Below, piece after piece: positions 1-15,358 of a DNA stretch of 64,000 nt; positions within the stretch are counted from its first letter, which is position 1; every line of letters starts with the position of its first letter. Under the pieces are notes generated by a model. The model saw nothing but the letters and a program-made list of their open reading frames with translations, did no database searches and had not been told where the DNA came from. The position numbers and the translations under genes are program-made. The stretch lies in the NCBI GenBank assembly GCA_046563655.1, contig CM102290.1, positions 682,001 through 746,000 on the forward strand, in the 5' to 3' direction. The stretch comes from Yuukianura sp. NJ FZ-2021. Lineage: Eukaryota.

Positions 1-612
1 GTGTCGAAAAGGCACAGTCATTTTCATCGTGGTTACTAAACTTTGCATTTGTGTGTGGTACTAAACTCAGTCGGATGGGCAGAAACTGTTCAACTTCAAG
101 CCAACTTGTCAAGGGCGCCATTAGAACCGGCCAGCCCCTATAGTCAGTCAACGACTATACATTTAGCATACTCTTGGTGCTATGTAGCGGATGATGACGA
201 CGAGTCCCTGCCTGCATCCATCAGTACCGGCGCAATTGTGTGCCGCGATCGCCTAGTTTACCAAGTCTTGTTCTTGTATTCACTCTCTACTGATCTCCTC
301 GGAGTACCCATTCGTTTCGACTCCTCTTCGGGCAGAGAGAGAGAGAGGCTGATCGTGTCGATCTTGACTACTAATTTTCCTTTTCCAAATTGTATTTAGT
401 GTTCAAGTAGATTGGAACAACGTTGAGAGGGTAAGGATTTTGGCTATATTGACATTGGAGCGATTCTTGTAAATTAATTTCGTGCCGACCTGTTTCGTTT
501 TAGGTAAATCATCTGATCCGTGTTCACAGTTTTAAGCTTGGAGATCATACAGAAAGGATAACTGTCACTGCTGAGATTCGTACTGGTTTTTTTTTAAAAC
601 GAAAATATCAAC

Positions 613-2113
<1,501 letters not shown>

Positions 2114-2412
2114 TGTCACTCTTCCACTAACTTCTCTAGCCATCACCAGCATCTACAAGCTTTGACAGTGTTAGGTACACAGTAAGAGGTAAATCCTTAA
2201 GTATGATTTCCATTTATCAAACCATTGTTTTCTCACTGACGTTCATAAACGATAGAAAACTCTAACTGTAGCCTTTCCAAGCAAATATGCATGCCGTGAT
2301 TGACGAAATAATAATAATATTATTGATACCTATATTAGATAAACCTTATTAAGTGTACAGAGTTGTCGCCTACTCCCTCTCTCTCCGTTTGTCATAGACG
2401 ATTTCCTATTTT

Positions 2413-2578
2413 GGTCGAGGTAAGGATTAACGACCGTCATTGTACTCGCACAGTGTAGCCAGTGCGCTATTTTCAGTGGCTACACCTCAGTGGCAACTTA
2501 AGTAGCCACAAAGTGGCAACATAAGGTGCCGCGCAGCGTAGCCACCTACAATGACGGCTATTAAACCTTACCCTAACC
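2413..2578. mobile_element. MITE family A copy 1
   Basis: Inverted ends GTAAGGATTAACGACCGTCATTGTA ... TACAATGACGGCTATTAAACCTTAC; internal GTGGCTAC/GTGGCAAC/GTAGCCAC subrepeats; 5 related copies in window; no clear TSD. Confidence 0.8.
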
Positions 2579-2765
2579 CCTTTTTTTCAATCCAGAAGGA
2601 CATTCTTTCTTTTTCTTGTGAAAAACTAATTATTTATAAAGGTTTCCTGGCAAAAAATAATAAGAAAATTCTAAATTCCTGTGCCAGTCCTTTCCCTGTT
2701 TGGAGGTAGACGAAACACATTAAAAATTTACATTAAAAAAATCTTTGGTTACATTTTGTTCGTAT

Positions 2766-2963
2766 GGTTGGAGTAAGGTTTAACGAGTCATTGTAACCAC
2801 AATGTCACCACTTCTTCATTTGTAGTGGCTACATTGTGGATTGTGGCTACACTTATATTTCTAGTGTAAGTTAGGTAAAAGTGGCTACGTAAGTTGCCAC
2901 TAAAAATGGCAGAATGGCTACACTGTGCTGTTACAATGATGGTCGTTAAACCTTATCTTGGCC
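2766..2963. mobile_element. MITE family A copy 2
   Basis: GGTTGGAGTAAGGTTTAACGAGTCATTGTAAC ... GTTACAATGATGGTCGTTAAACCTTAT; same subrepeats. Confidence 0.8.
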
Positions 2964-3168
2964 TTTCAGATTTGTTTCTGATTTACTACACTTGTACTGG
3001 ACGTAGCCACCATTTCCAATAGCAATCTAAAAACATCACAGGGAAGAGAGAAAGTAATGATTAAAATATAATAACTTAACTAGCTTTGACTTTCCATTCT
3101 GGAACAAAATAATTTGGGTTTTGAAACAAAAGCGAATTTTTGAGCAAGTTGGATTCAGTTTCTTTAGT

Positions 3169-4822
3169 TCAGTCTTCACCCGAATCGGAGTCCGGCAACA
3201 CACGGTACGAACTCTGAATCGGTATTTTGGCAGGAGTAGGTGATGGTTTCATGGTTGAGTTTGGGAAGAGCAAAGGAGTTGTGATTGGACGCTTGCGAGG
3301 TGACCCCACATTCACAACCGGGCCAGACGAGGCCCCATTCGAACTTTGGCGCCGCGGACCGAGTCGACGTTGAGATGTCGGAGGTTCTGGAACTTCGTGG
3401 CCTTGAGGTTGGTTGGCGGGAACTTGTGGAATTGGTCCTTCGTTTTCCACTTGTACTTCATCGTCCATTGGCACGTTTTCTCCAAAATCAAAAGTAGGAG
3501 AATCAGGCGGATCGAGAACTGAAGGTGAGCCTTGAGGTCCCCGCTGTCTCCTATGTCTCTCATTAGCTACTGACGATGCTTCCCTGCTACTTGGTACATT
3601 GGATGTTGAAGCTCGAGGGACCACCACTGGCGGTGGCGGCTGAGCAACCGTGATAGGATTGGTGCGGTTTGCCAGGACCAACTTAGCATTGCAGCCACGA
3701 AGGTCACTTGAAATGACAACGATGACAGGCCTGTGTTTGAAAAATGAAGAATAAATATACAAAACACGAGAATCAACTAAGCAAAAAAATTTTTCATACA
3801 AAATTACTGGGTTTCATCTTCAAAGTGAATCATCACCGGTAATTTCAACGTCTCTGCAAACGTCACGAAAGTCTTAAAGTCTCGGAGCGGAAAAGTGAGT
3901 TGACAATCGGTATGGATGTTGTAATTCAAGAAGTCAACGTCATTCAAGTTCAGTTCTGTGTACATTTTCCCCTCTACAAAAGAAAATCATAGGCATAGAA
4001 TTTAAATTGTTTCATCTTTGTTTAAAAACGACTGAGATTTGATTATGTATGTTTTTTATACCTTTCTTTACAAGGTCGGTTGCAGAGTTCCGTAAGCTAA
4101 CCTGAGATCCTGATACCTTCAACGTCAAATCACCGGTACCTTTGATGTGGTGGAAATTTGTTAGCGTGGATAGAAGAAACTTTGCATCGCAAGTAATTTT
4201 GCTAGTCAATGTATCCGTATCTAGATCAACTTCCAGGAGGTCTGATTCGAACAGAAGCCGAAGTTGATATCCAACCTGGGCCCCGAACTTTGTAAACATG
4301 GTCACGTTCAATGTATCTGATCCGTTAGCAAATTGAATTCGACACTCTGAAACACACTTTGTCATGAACCGCGTAGAACGAAACGGCTTCAGAACACATT
4401 TTACTGGAACTTTACATTCCAACGATTCGATTCCTTCGTCTAGTTCGAAACTAACGCAAAACAAGAGCTAATCACTTTAAGTCCCAACTTAAGATCTTCA
4501 TACTTTGAATTTTGAAACTTTACCAGCAGGGTTACCTAGTAAAGAAGCTACCATTGAGGGCAATAGTTGCATGACATGTAACGGCAGCATCGTATGTTGT
4601 CAAAGACAAGGAAGACTCGCGAAATAAGAAATGGATATCCGTCCCTCCAAACGATGCCAATGAAGTGATTGCTTTACTCCATACTGTAAGAGGCACAAAT
4701 ACAGTTCGATTAGATTTAAAACTCTAGGATTTCAAACACAAAATTCAAGATCAATTTGCATTACTTTTAAGTTCTTCCTCGCGAAGAGTGCACTTTACTC
4801 CCGGCTCCACTGTTGATTGCAT
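3169..4822 (-). CDS. Rad9: Checkpoint clamp subunit Rad9, 440 aa; exons 4822-4765, 4683-4536, 4450-4062, 3973-3808, 3730-3169
   Basis: Segments CKVPVKCVLKPFRS, TFPLRDFKTFVTFAE and AKLVLAN match remembered Rad9 blocks; long disordered tail ending VLPDSDSGED (cf. human VLAEDSEGEG); exons sum to 1323 nt in frame. Confidence 0.88.
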
Positions 4823-5835
4823 AATCAGCAGATCTTGTCACTATCCGGGTCCCTTGTTCACACTATAACAAAAGCAGTGCATCATTTAAATTTAATTTAG
4901 GTTAAAAATGATTCTGATACCGATTACATACGTTTTTGCAACGTCCTGATGAAACCTACCTACAACCTAAGTTCAGTGACTGAACGTCAGTCGCAGGCAT
5001 GCGCTGTCGGTCACTTCCATTATTTCGGCTTCTACATATCATGGGGACGGGAAGACAAAATGGCTGGTGTTAACTGCCCAATCAAGGTAGGACAACGATA
5101 CAAAGAGACAATAATTCCGAAATCAGCGTTGACCAGTTGACCTCTCGGGTGGTTTTTTTAAGGTTTGACCACTATCCGCCTTTGTTTTCGCCTTTGCTGG
5201 TTTTCATTTCATTTTTTTTTCTTGTATTCTTTCTTTTATCTTTTGATTTTGATTTCGCGGGTTATAAATTTAAACTAAGCACTTTTACCGCAAATTGATG
5301 CATAAACTTTCCCAAATTGACTAACTTAACTTAAAATAATAAATATGCTCCGTTGTATGATTAATTGTTACTTCAGTAGCGCAACAATAGAACCAGAATT
5401 GTATCAAAATGTTTTCTAGGAGGGTTTAGTTGTTAACATTTTGGTTTAATTTTTGAAGCGGTCTTTGTACGTCTCATTTTTCTCCTTCAGAATTTAATCC
5501 AAATTTCTAGCGGGAAATCGAACTTCAACAAACGTGTTCAAAAAAAAAATCAACAATGCTGTAAACCGCATGCTGGTTTTTTGTTTTTCTTTCGAATTTT
5601 GCAAACGTCAATTAAGAGTTCAATCAATTAGTGAACTCAACGACACTGGATTTTGGTAGCTGAAATCAGGGATTGAGAGGCCATTGGCGTAAGTAAGAGA
5701 CAGATTACCAAGAAGCTCTGTACGTTCAATATTTTGGAAAGGTTTGTGTTAGTAAAACGACATGATTTCGATTTCAGTAGAACTGTCGATGTACTAATGT
5801 ATCGATCCTTTTTATATAAACATAGATTAAGAACC

Positions 5836-6768
5836 ATGGGACGGAAAAGAAAGCTAGTGGATCCGGAAGAACAAGAGGAAAGGAACGAAGTGGATTTACC
5901 ATCCAAGCATTTGTCATCGTTAAGTCAGAAGGAGGAACGGCGTCTAATTGTGATTCTGGAGAATGCACAGTTAGAAAGCGTAAAGGTAACGTTGGTTTGA
6001 ATGCTTGCTTAGCTGATGACGTAGTTAATCCAATTCTGTTTCACTAGGTTGGTCAAAACTTTGAGTTACTCAATGGAGATGACCACGGGCAGTTTTTGAG
6101 GAAATATAATCGTGACCCAGCCCTTTGCCGTCCTGACATAACTCATCAATGTCTCTTGATGCTGCTTGACTCGCCTTTGAACAGAGCTGGTCGACTGCAA
6201 GTCTATGTCCATACAGCGAAGGGTGTTCTGATAGAAATCAACCCACAAACTAGGATACCGCGAACATATAAGCGATTTGCTGGGCTAATGGGTAAAAATG
6301 AACTTTAACAACAAAAATTAACACGCGTTTTGTCACACTGTTGATTGTACCATATTTTTCCAGTTCAACTCCTTCACAAATTTTCTGTTCGTGCAAGTGA
6401 CGGTCCAATGAAACTATTGAAAGTGATTAAAAATCCAATCACTGACCATCTTCCGCTAGATTGTATCAAGTATGGAACTAGTTTCTCATCTGAATCACTA
6501 ATCAAACCAGAAGAACTCGTACATCCAGACAAACATGTCGTTGTTGTGGTTGGCGCTATGGCTCATGGAAAAGTAAGCAAAAAACATTCATTCATTGTAG
6601 TAATTGAATGTTAGTTAATGATTTCAATTTTAATTTCAATCACTTATTCCTAAGATCTCAGTCGACTACACAGAGAAGACCGTGTCAATCAGTGGGTATC
6701 CGTTGAGTGGCGCTTTGGCATGCGCCAAAATCACTTCCGGATTCGAGGCTACATGGGGAATTCATTGA
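5836..6768 (+). CDS. Emg1: rRNA small-subunit pseudouridine methyltransferase Nep1/Emg1, 238 aa; exons 5836-5985, 6048-6291, 6364-6572, 6655-6768
   Basis: [44 protein letters not shown] and [11 protein letters not shown] motifs; GT-AG introns, 717 nt. Confidence 0.96.
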
Positions 6769-7965
6769 TGGAATTCGAAGTGATCGATCGAATTGAATTG
6801 CAACATGCTAAAAGAATATTTTTCAGTTAAAGTTTAAAGACCTTCCGCAAATGCTGTGTAAAGGTTTCCAATATAATATAAGTTTTACCTTTATTTGCTA
6901 GTAGACCGTGTCATACTGTTTACCTCAAAACATTGAATAATACTGGATACCTCTGTTTGTAGACTTTTTGAGAGCATTTAAAATTATTAAACTAAAATAG
7001 TTTTTAACGTTTTAACTACGAAATATTCAAACAAAAATTAGTTTTTCAACAGGTTTCCAGTTTCTATATCTTCTGTTTCCTCCAATTCACATTTTACTTT
7101 GGAATTGGGTTTAAACCTAAAGTACCACCAAGGTGTATAGTCCAAGTAAAATGAAAATTAATCTGAGAAATATAATACAAAATGTTTCAACGACTAATCC
7201 TAATTACCTTTAAGTGAACATTAAATAAGGTGTGGGGGTAGTAAAACATTTTGTAAACTATCAAGTAGTGACTTTGTGATCGCGGCTGGGAAAATCCAAA
7301 CTAATTTTCCCAAAATGCAAAAGTGTCCAATTAGTAATTAGTTGACTGTGTGTACATTAAATTTATGATATCGTTGTTTGCAATTAAAGCATTAAACAAA
7401 CTATAATTTAATCATGTTAAAATTAAGTTTACATTGTAAGAACTCGCCTTTCCTAAATTCTTTTCTAATATTTTTGTCCTACTTTCCCAGTTTCCGCTAA
7501 AATAAAACTGCACTCACAAAAGGTATAAACGACTTAGTTTAAAAAACTGAAGAGACGCTACTCGTCAACATTACAACTTTGAACTCAGAGAGAGTGAAAA
7601 TGACGTAGAGTTAGGCATAACTCGGACTCTCTATCTAAATTAAGTTGATTGCAGCAAGATTAAAATCATCTTAAAAGAAAAACTCATGATTCAGTTTTAG
7701 AGGACAGTAATACTAAAAACTGTTGCTGTCACGAGGTGTGAAAAAAAGTGTGGATCACATTTAAGGTGGTCTCACCTCATTATTGATGAATTAGCAGAAT
7801 AAAACTCTCATAACTTCGTGATTTCCATTGTGTTTGAAGAAACCGATTGTTGGCTACGATCGAATTGGGGTGCAAAATTCCCTCAAGACAGAGTGGAAGT
7901 AAATGTTATCTGCTTATTGTATGAGAACCACCTAGTTTCCAAAACTTCCAGACGTATACTTCCGT

Positions 7966-9694
7966 TTATCCAGAACATGACTCGGCGTGATCGTCCCAAG
8001 CATCCACCTACAATAACAGACAAGTCACAGTTTGGTTAAAGTTTGTCACTAAAAAGTGAATTACTAATTGTAACTTGATTTACCTGACATTCTCTGGAAC
8101 AGTACCACTGACTTCCGCATCCCGCGCAAACAAATTGAGCTTGGTTTCTATTGCAGCCCTGACAAATTGGAATCGATTCTGCTTTCTGGGACGAGTCATT
8201 CCGACCCTTGAACAAAAAATAAGTAATTTGATAAACTAATGTTCATAAATAAATACCAGACAAGTTAGGTTTGGTTGTACCTTGTTGTTAGAAGCCAGTA
8301 AATTAGAGAGGGAAATACTTGTATCAGGATTGGAGCCAGAATTGTTGAAATGCCTCGATTTGTAGTCATCCCCTGCCGGCTTATTGTCATCTGAACGATG
8401 TGATCCGGAAGTCCCTGTTGCTCCGGAGGTGCTAAGGAGTTTGGCCAATGTGATGTTGGACTTGGCTGTAGCCACCGAAGCGTTTCCTCCGCGCGAAATG
8501 GCTTTAGGTGTACTTGTAGGTGTTGAGGTCGAATTGACAGGAATATCTGGAGCCTTATTTTCACTTGAAGATATCTTAGCCAGTGACACAAGAACATCGG
8601 AGTAGCTTATACTTGAAGAGGGCTGGCTGATCGGCTTAGCGATTCGGGTTCTTTTCCTTGTTACTAATGGAGATTCCTGCTTTCGTTTTGCCCTGCAAAA
8701 GCAAAATTAGAGAATGATTTTGTTCCTTGTAATAATAAGAGAACTTCTAAAATGAAATTGTTACCGGTAATCAGCAATCAGAGTTGTAACTGGCACAATT
8801 GGTCCGTTACGACCTTGTCTTAACTCGGCAGAATTCTTTTCCGACAGTTGTCTTAACGCTAGTGAAGCATTCCGATGTTCCAGTGACAGCGGAAGTGTTG
8901 GTTTCTGACCGACTCGCTGGTAACGATTCCCTCGGATTTCTGTTATTTCTACTTCCATCTTAGATATTTCGTTTTTGATGTTTGTGGTGAAGGACTTTGT
9001 CTCATGGTCTAATTTTTCAATACTTTTATCGTCCAGCATCATGCACTCTTTTGCCAAAGAATTCAAGTCCTTCCCTTCGCTTGGACTCATTATGTTAGAA
9101 ATGTCGCCTTCTCGTCTCAACTGCTCCATAAGTAGTTCCTTCAACTTTTTAAGTCGAAGAATAGCATTCCATTCCATCTCCTTTGACATTAGAAGGCACT
9201 CGAGACTAGTGACCTCTTTCTCCAGTTGATTCATTCGAATTGTAATGTCCGGGGATTGGCCATCTACGGTTCCCACCGATTCAATTCTCAAATTAAAGTC
9301 ACCTAAAAATGAAATCAACAGAAGTACATCAATGTGTGAGTCAGCTGATCTTGCCCTGCACCGACAGTTACAAAACTCTAACCTAATGACCACAGGCATT
9401 ACGTTAGTTTTGATTGACTTAATCCAATGACTTACCCGAACTCTCATTATCGTCAGCATCTCCGTTCTTTGGAGAATGTTGGTGACCATTTGCAGAATCT
9501 GGAAACGCCGGTTCGTCCAGGCCATCGTCTTCTTCATCTTTCTCTACCTTGATTCCCTTGGATTCAGACGAGTCTTCTTCCGGTTCATGAGAGAAAGATT
9601 CACTTCCACTTTCATTTTCATTGCTATTCGTTAGTTGCTGTTCCAGCGTGTCAACGTCTGGCTTCTGCTCGGTAGGGTCATCTTGAAACAACAT
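7966..9694 (-). CDS. Uncharacterised protein with acidic N-terminus, coiled coil and C-terminal MYND zinc finger, about 457 aa; exons 9694-9436, 9302-8765, 8692-8281, 8206-8084, 8007-7966 (start uncertain)
   Basis: The last two exons (not in the ORF track) splice to CQGCNRNQAQFVCAGCGSQWYCSRECQVDAWDDHAESCSG*, a complete MYND pattern; exons sum to 1374 nt in frame. Confidence 0.8.
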
Positions 9695-11076
9695 GACTCG
9701 CTGTCACTTTTAACAAATCGCTGCACTTTTTGATTAACAAAGGTGGCTCAATTGGAGAACAGTGGTGACAATGAGGTCATCGGCAGGATAGGCCGTTGCC
9801 CTTTGCCTGTGTGGTCGGAGACAGTAGAGATGACGAAGGGAAGTGTGAAAAGAAGGGGAAGTCAAAGTGGAAAGTGCAAGCCAAGGAAATGACGACTCCG
9901 ACTTCCATCGATGGGAACATTCGTGAAGCTCAGCTTTTTGTTGTCTTCTCTTGTCCTCGTTTGTTTTCAAAGGCAAAACTTATGAACAACAGCTTCTGAT
10001 TCACGTCCATTTTCAGCCAACTTCAATTCAATCTGGTTAAGTCGATTCAGAACTTCAATCTTTAGAAAAAAAATAAGCAAATCAAATCAAACAACCCACT
10101 AGCATGAATACTAGCGAATCACATCTCAGTTATTTATATTTTTCGACCTTGAAAATAAAGTGATCACACATTTTATACTTTATTTGTATAATTAATTACT
10201 CACAATCATTGACGTAAAGTACACTGAAAGCAACATTTCTGCTACATTTAGCATTATGTAAGCTGGTAATTAAAGCCTATTTAAAGTCGTTTGTTTGAAG
10301 AGATTTTTTATGCAATTTACAAATCTACATACCACCGTATGGTCATTTGCTAACTTTAAAAATTTTTTCCTGACATTTATTGAGTTAAAACTACAAAAAA
10401 GCGGGAGGGTAAAATTCTTTCAGCAAGGATGACTTTGGAACACTTTCAAAGGTGTCGTAAACAATTTTCAACTTTATTTGATTTAAAAAATGTTTAGTGC
10501 CATATTTCTGACTTATTATGACATTTTATTATTGGTAGTAGTAACCGTATTGTTTTGTCGACGAAAACTGATTAACAAGGCACAAATTGTTGGGATGTCC
10601 GTGACGGCCAATAGGTTTTGGAGACTTTACGATGGACTGAATGTGTTTTGAACGCAGTAAGCGGCAGCAGCGGGAAGTTTTCTAGAGGCGCCAAATGTAA
10701 TATTTTGAATTTCACAACTTTTTTTTTTTACAAAAGGAGAAGGATTAAAAAAACGGTACGGGCAAGGACTGCAATAGCAAAAGCGCGGTAGACTGTACCG
10801 CAGCAGGGAGCTTTTAGTCGCAGGCATGCATGCATGTGAATGGTGTTGCTGTCGGATTTATTTACTTGAATAATTTCTTCGTCCATTTATCATTCAGTTG
10901 AACTTTTAAATACTTTAGAAACTGCGACTGGAGAGACCACTCTGGAGTTACGAAGGACCATCGATTCATATCACCTAGTCGCCCTAGTTTAATTGTAAGT
11001 TAGTATTAACAAAAACGTTGAAGTCATTTAAGTACATGTTTTTTATTAATCTTTAGGCATTTTATCATTTGGAGAG

Positions 11077-14000
11077 ATGTCAGGGAAAGGAAAGGGGTCA
11101 AGCGCAAATGATCAAGTGATACAGGAACGCCGGTTGCGCCCTGCCTACGATTTTCTGGACAGAGGAAATAATAAACGTGTTATCCAAGAAACTGATCGTT
11201 TATTGAAGAAGCAGCCGGACTTTCAATGTGCTAAAGCCCTCAAAGCTTTAGCACTTTTACGCAGTGGACATGTAGCAGAATGTAAAACCATTGTAGATGC
11301 TCTTGTGGCTGAAGTTCCAACGGAAGACAATACAATCCAGGCACTCACAATTTGCTTTCGAGAACTGGGTGAACCCAAAATGGTATGTACAATCTTGGAG
11401 AATGCAAGCAAAGTGGACAAGTCCGAAGAGATGCTTTCTTCCTGTTTCATGGCTCATGTTCGTGTATCGGACTTTCAAAAACAGTATCAAGTGGCTCTAA
11501 ACCTCTACAAGTTACATCCTAAGTCTCCATATTTTACATGGGCGGTGATGAGTCTTTTTGTTAAGGCCGAATTTGATCCAGATCCATCGTCTCGGATAAG
11601 TCTACCACTCGCAGAAAAAATGATGGGAAAATTTTTTGAGGAGAAGAATCATATCGACTCTGAGCATGAAATCACTCTTCATATTCTTCTTCTCCAGAGA
11701 CTAAAGAACTACAAGAAGATATTGACAATTATTGACAAGCTGGCAGACTACAAGACTCCAGTTCTTACCGGGCTCTACCATAAATTGAAAGGAGAATGTA
11801 TTCAAATGACGGAAGACTCAAAAACTACGGCAGCATACCTCGAGGATACAATACTGAAAAATTTAGGAGAGTGGTCCTACTACGAAAGTTATATCAAGCA
11901 TGTTGGACTGTCGGATCACACCAGAGCTCTAGAATTTTTAGATTCATTGGACAAGTTCCTTCCTGGGCCGCCAGTCACTTCTCGTGCCATTCTTTTGGCT
12001 CCACTTCATCTCTTCAGCTTCTTGGTCAAAAACAACTTTACTGAAGTCTTCGACCCACTCGGGTATTTTCGGAAGTATCTTTTCTACTATGGTCGGTTGC
12101 CGTCGTACTTTGCCGATATTGAGTCATTTCTCGGTTCTGCAACCGATCCGATAATGCGGCACAGAATACTGATGGTCGTCCAGGACGATTTGACTAAGCA
12201 TAGGGAAGAATTTAAGGTTAGTGGCTATCTAATATGTGGCGAAGTATGTCGTTTATGTACCGTTCTGCACAGAAGTAGTTACCGGGTTCTGAAAAGACCG
12301 CCACTGAAACTTCCTCGAACAAAAGCAGTTTCCTTGGCGGTATTTTCAAAAGTCAGGAACTACTTCTGTGCAGAACGATAATACTAAGTTTCTATCTGTT
12401 TTTTTTAGGTTTATGCAATGCTACAACCTCAGCATGCGAACGATACACAGGGTCTAGTTAACTCCTTTTTGACTGACCGATACTTTGAGTCTGTTTGGCT
12501 GACAGAAAAGAGTAATAGGCAACAACAAGACTCAACTGTAATGTCCAATGTCATTTATTACGTCACTCAATATCTGAAAGTTGCTGAAGAACAACCAGAA
12601 CTCCGACTCAAAGAGGATCCATCCGATTTCTTTATCAACATTGCTTGCTTGACACTAATTGACAAGTTCTGGTCATTGGACTCCGACTGGACGTGGAAGT
12701 TAACTCCTCCTGACCTTGTAGATTATCGCTTTGCTCCTCCTGGATATGTCAACCCGAATGAACCCACTGCCAAATTCACAAACGTTTCTCATTCAGAATC
12801 GGACGAAGTAAAAACCGAACTCAAGGACTCAACTGCATGTGATCAACTTATCAACGGAGGCATATCTATTCTGAACATAGAAAATGAACCACCATTTGTT
12901 CCAAATCAACGAGACGTGGCTCCTCTCTTAGTCCTGTCGCTTCTACACTACTGCTTACATAAATCACCCAAAAATTATCAAACTCGTCTTCTGCTCGGGA
13001 AAATGTACATGCGTTGCGGAGCTGTTGCTGCTGGAACGACAGTTTTGGAACCACTGGATTTCAAGCATCTGATGCTCATGTCCACGAGCTACTTGTATAC
13101 TTTCAAACTCATTGCTAGTGCCAACTACGAAGAAGCCTTTCGCTCATTGACGTCCATCGAGCTGTTCCTGTCAACATTTGAAAAGGAGGTATAAAGCTAC
13201 TAAAATCTTGTCATGTCACCTTGTTCAATCTTCTTGATCGTATTTTTATTTAGGGAATGGAGCATGTTTTGTCTGCTTACAAATACGGATCGTGGGAAAA
13301 AATCTTAGAATTTATTAAATTCCATGATCACTTACTCAAATCTTTACTTCGTCCCTTAGTCAACGTTGAGCGGATGCTGCTGGAGTACAATACTGAGGGT
13401 GCAACTGGCCATTTTTCTCCATATCCTAAGACTCAGCAGGTAAAGCATTCAAATTTGGACTTTTGTTAAAAATTTAGTCATTCCTAACTACGACGTAGTT
13501 AAATTATTAATCTTATTTCGTTGGTATGATTTGTTTAGGTGACACGGAAAATGGAAATTGAACCTGAAATACTCAATAATTTGAATCAACTTACGGACAG
13601 CAGAGATTTTGAATTAATTGACACTTACGTTGTACGACCAAAGAAGGAACATTGGAAACAAAAGTCATTTGAAGCAGAGAAATTGAAACTCCGAGTGCGA
13701 TACTTGTTGCTGACCTTACTAAATAACGCCAGTCTTATGTCAGAGCGCGCAAAGGCTCAAGAGCCCTACGACGAACAACTGGCCAAAATGGATACATTTT
13801 TAAACCTAATCGAAGAAGCAATGGAAGAAGACACTTCAGGATTAGAAATGAATGATGTAAGTGCCATTTTGGAACTGGAAAGTACATAATGCTTAAAGGT
13901 TAATTCAACGTCATTTGATGTTTTAAGGCTACTATTGATGTCATGTGGCCATCCGAGATTTCGCAATACGTAAAAGGACCATGCTTGAAGTATTTGGTCG

Positions 14001-14817
14001 CTCTGTTTAGAGTTATAATTCAACTTGGCAAGAATCAAACAAACGTGGACTTCCCACAAGCGATTTCACAACTTCAGGAATGTGTTGACGCAGTAATTGG
14101 AAGTCCGAAATTCGCTAACTTTGAACAAACCGTGACGATCCTGGATGTCGGTTATATTTTAGAAACACTAACTCAGCTGATGGAGGTGAGCTGAACCTTA
14201 TATATTATAAAAGTTCTAAAAATGTAAATTCTTAAAATTTTTTGATTTCAAACAATCAAAGTTAGTTGAATTCAATTATATTTTCAGACCTTGTCTTTCT
14301 CGTGCTTATTGCTGGACTTGATTAGCGTTGTAGTCAGAAACATAGCAGCAAAGAAGTCAAAGAAGAAGCGCTCCAAACCACCGGTAATTTCTGATATTAT
14401 CTCGTGATGTTAATAAAAAGACTTTGTTTAAAGGTTGTGATTTTTGTTTGTATGCTTTGATAGGCTGAGGGGGAATATGCTGGAGAAGCACAAGTACTGG
14501 CCCTGTTGAACAGTACATGCAAGGGTTTCAAGTCAATTGAATCTTTTCTACAAACTTTTCATGGAACGATGAAGGACAAGTATCCAACCAACTGGGGAAA
14601 GATGGCTGCTTCCTGGAAGGCCCAAATTCAAATACCAAATGCTCCCGCCCTCCACGACAAAGTCCTCCCATACTCACTTCCATTGTGTATCTCTATCCTA
14701 CGATCCAGCTACGGTAAAACCACGTCGACCTTGTCGTACCAACTCCATTCTAAAGTCTGCTACTTGGAGAAGGTTATTAGCACTTTTGATACACCCGGAA
14801 CAGCGGACACTTTGTAA
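11077..14817 (+). CDS. Naa25: NatB auxiliary subunit Naa25/Mdm20 (psidin-like), about 1043 aa; exons 11077-12216, 12409-13188, 13254-13439, 13539-13856, 13928-14185, 14288-14383, 14464-14817
   Basis: N-terminal ERRLRPAYDFLDRGNNK...KALKALALLR, PYFTWAVMS, SPKNYQTRLLL...LDFKH and AYKYGSWEKILEF motifs; all junctions phase-0 GT-AG. Confidence 0.92.
12260..12378. mobile_element. Fold-back MITE with TA flanks (Tc1/mariner-pogo-like) in Naa25 intron
   Basis: Perfect 20-bp inverted ends CGTTCTGCACAGAAGTAGTT / AACTACTTCTGTGCAGAACG, about 43 bp with mismatches; TA at 12258-12259 and 12379-12380. Confidence 0.75.
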
Positions 14818-15171
14818 ATTGTACTTAACAGATACAAACAACGTCCCAATATTATTTTGACTTGAACAGCATTTCGTGTGGCTTGCATTTCTCTAACAAC
14901 TTTTGTATACTAAACGTAAGTTAAGGTCACCTCAAGTCCCAGTCAGAGTGCTACTTTACTAGTAGGTGAAGCTCGATAAGAAATAACTAATTAATTGGAG
15001 CGTTGTTGAGCTCATTAACATCACAACACACTTATTTATACAGTGAGGTCGTAACGTCCCAGGTTTTATGAAATGTTTGTTTTCAAAGTGCCAATTGTTA
15101 ATTGACTACACTTAACTTGTCCTCTCTGTAATTTCCTGTAACTGTTTTCAAATAAAAGACTATATGACAGA

Positions 15172-15347
15172 CAGTGTTGCTGGATATCCACTTTTTTTGA
15201 CGTTTCGTCCAGTGGATATCCAGTGGAGAATAAATTTCATCCGGTTTTGTCCGGAAGAAATGGCTGGGTAAAATGGATATAAGTGGATACTTCCACCTAT
15301 TTTGATGTAGGTGGAAGAATATTTTATCCATCCAGCAAAAAGTACTG
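15172..15347. mobile_element. hAT-like MITE
   Basis: Starts CAGTGTTGCTGGATA, ends TCCAGCAAAAAGTACTG; internal TGGATA/TATCCA subrepeats; 8-bp flanks ATGACAGA / ATGGCAGA (7/8). Confidence 0.7.
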
Positions 15348-15358
15348 ATGGCAGACAA

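Noticed and set aside
43..399. 118-aa ORF upstream of PP1
   Set aside because: Non-ATG start, no recognisable motif; likely PP1 5' leader/promoter.
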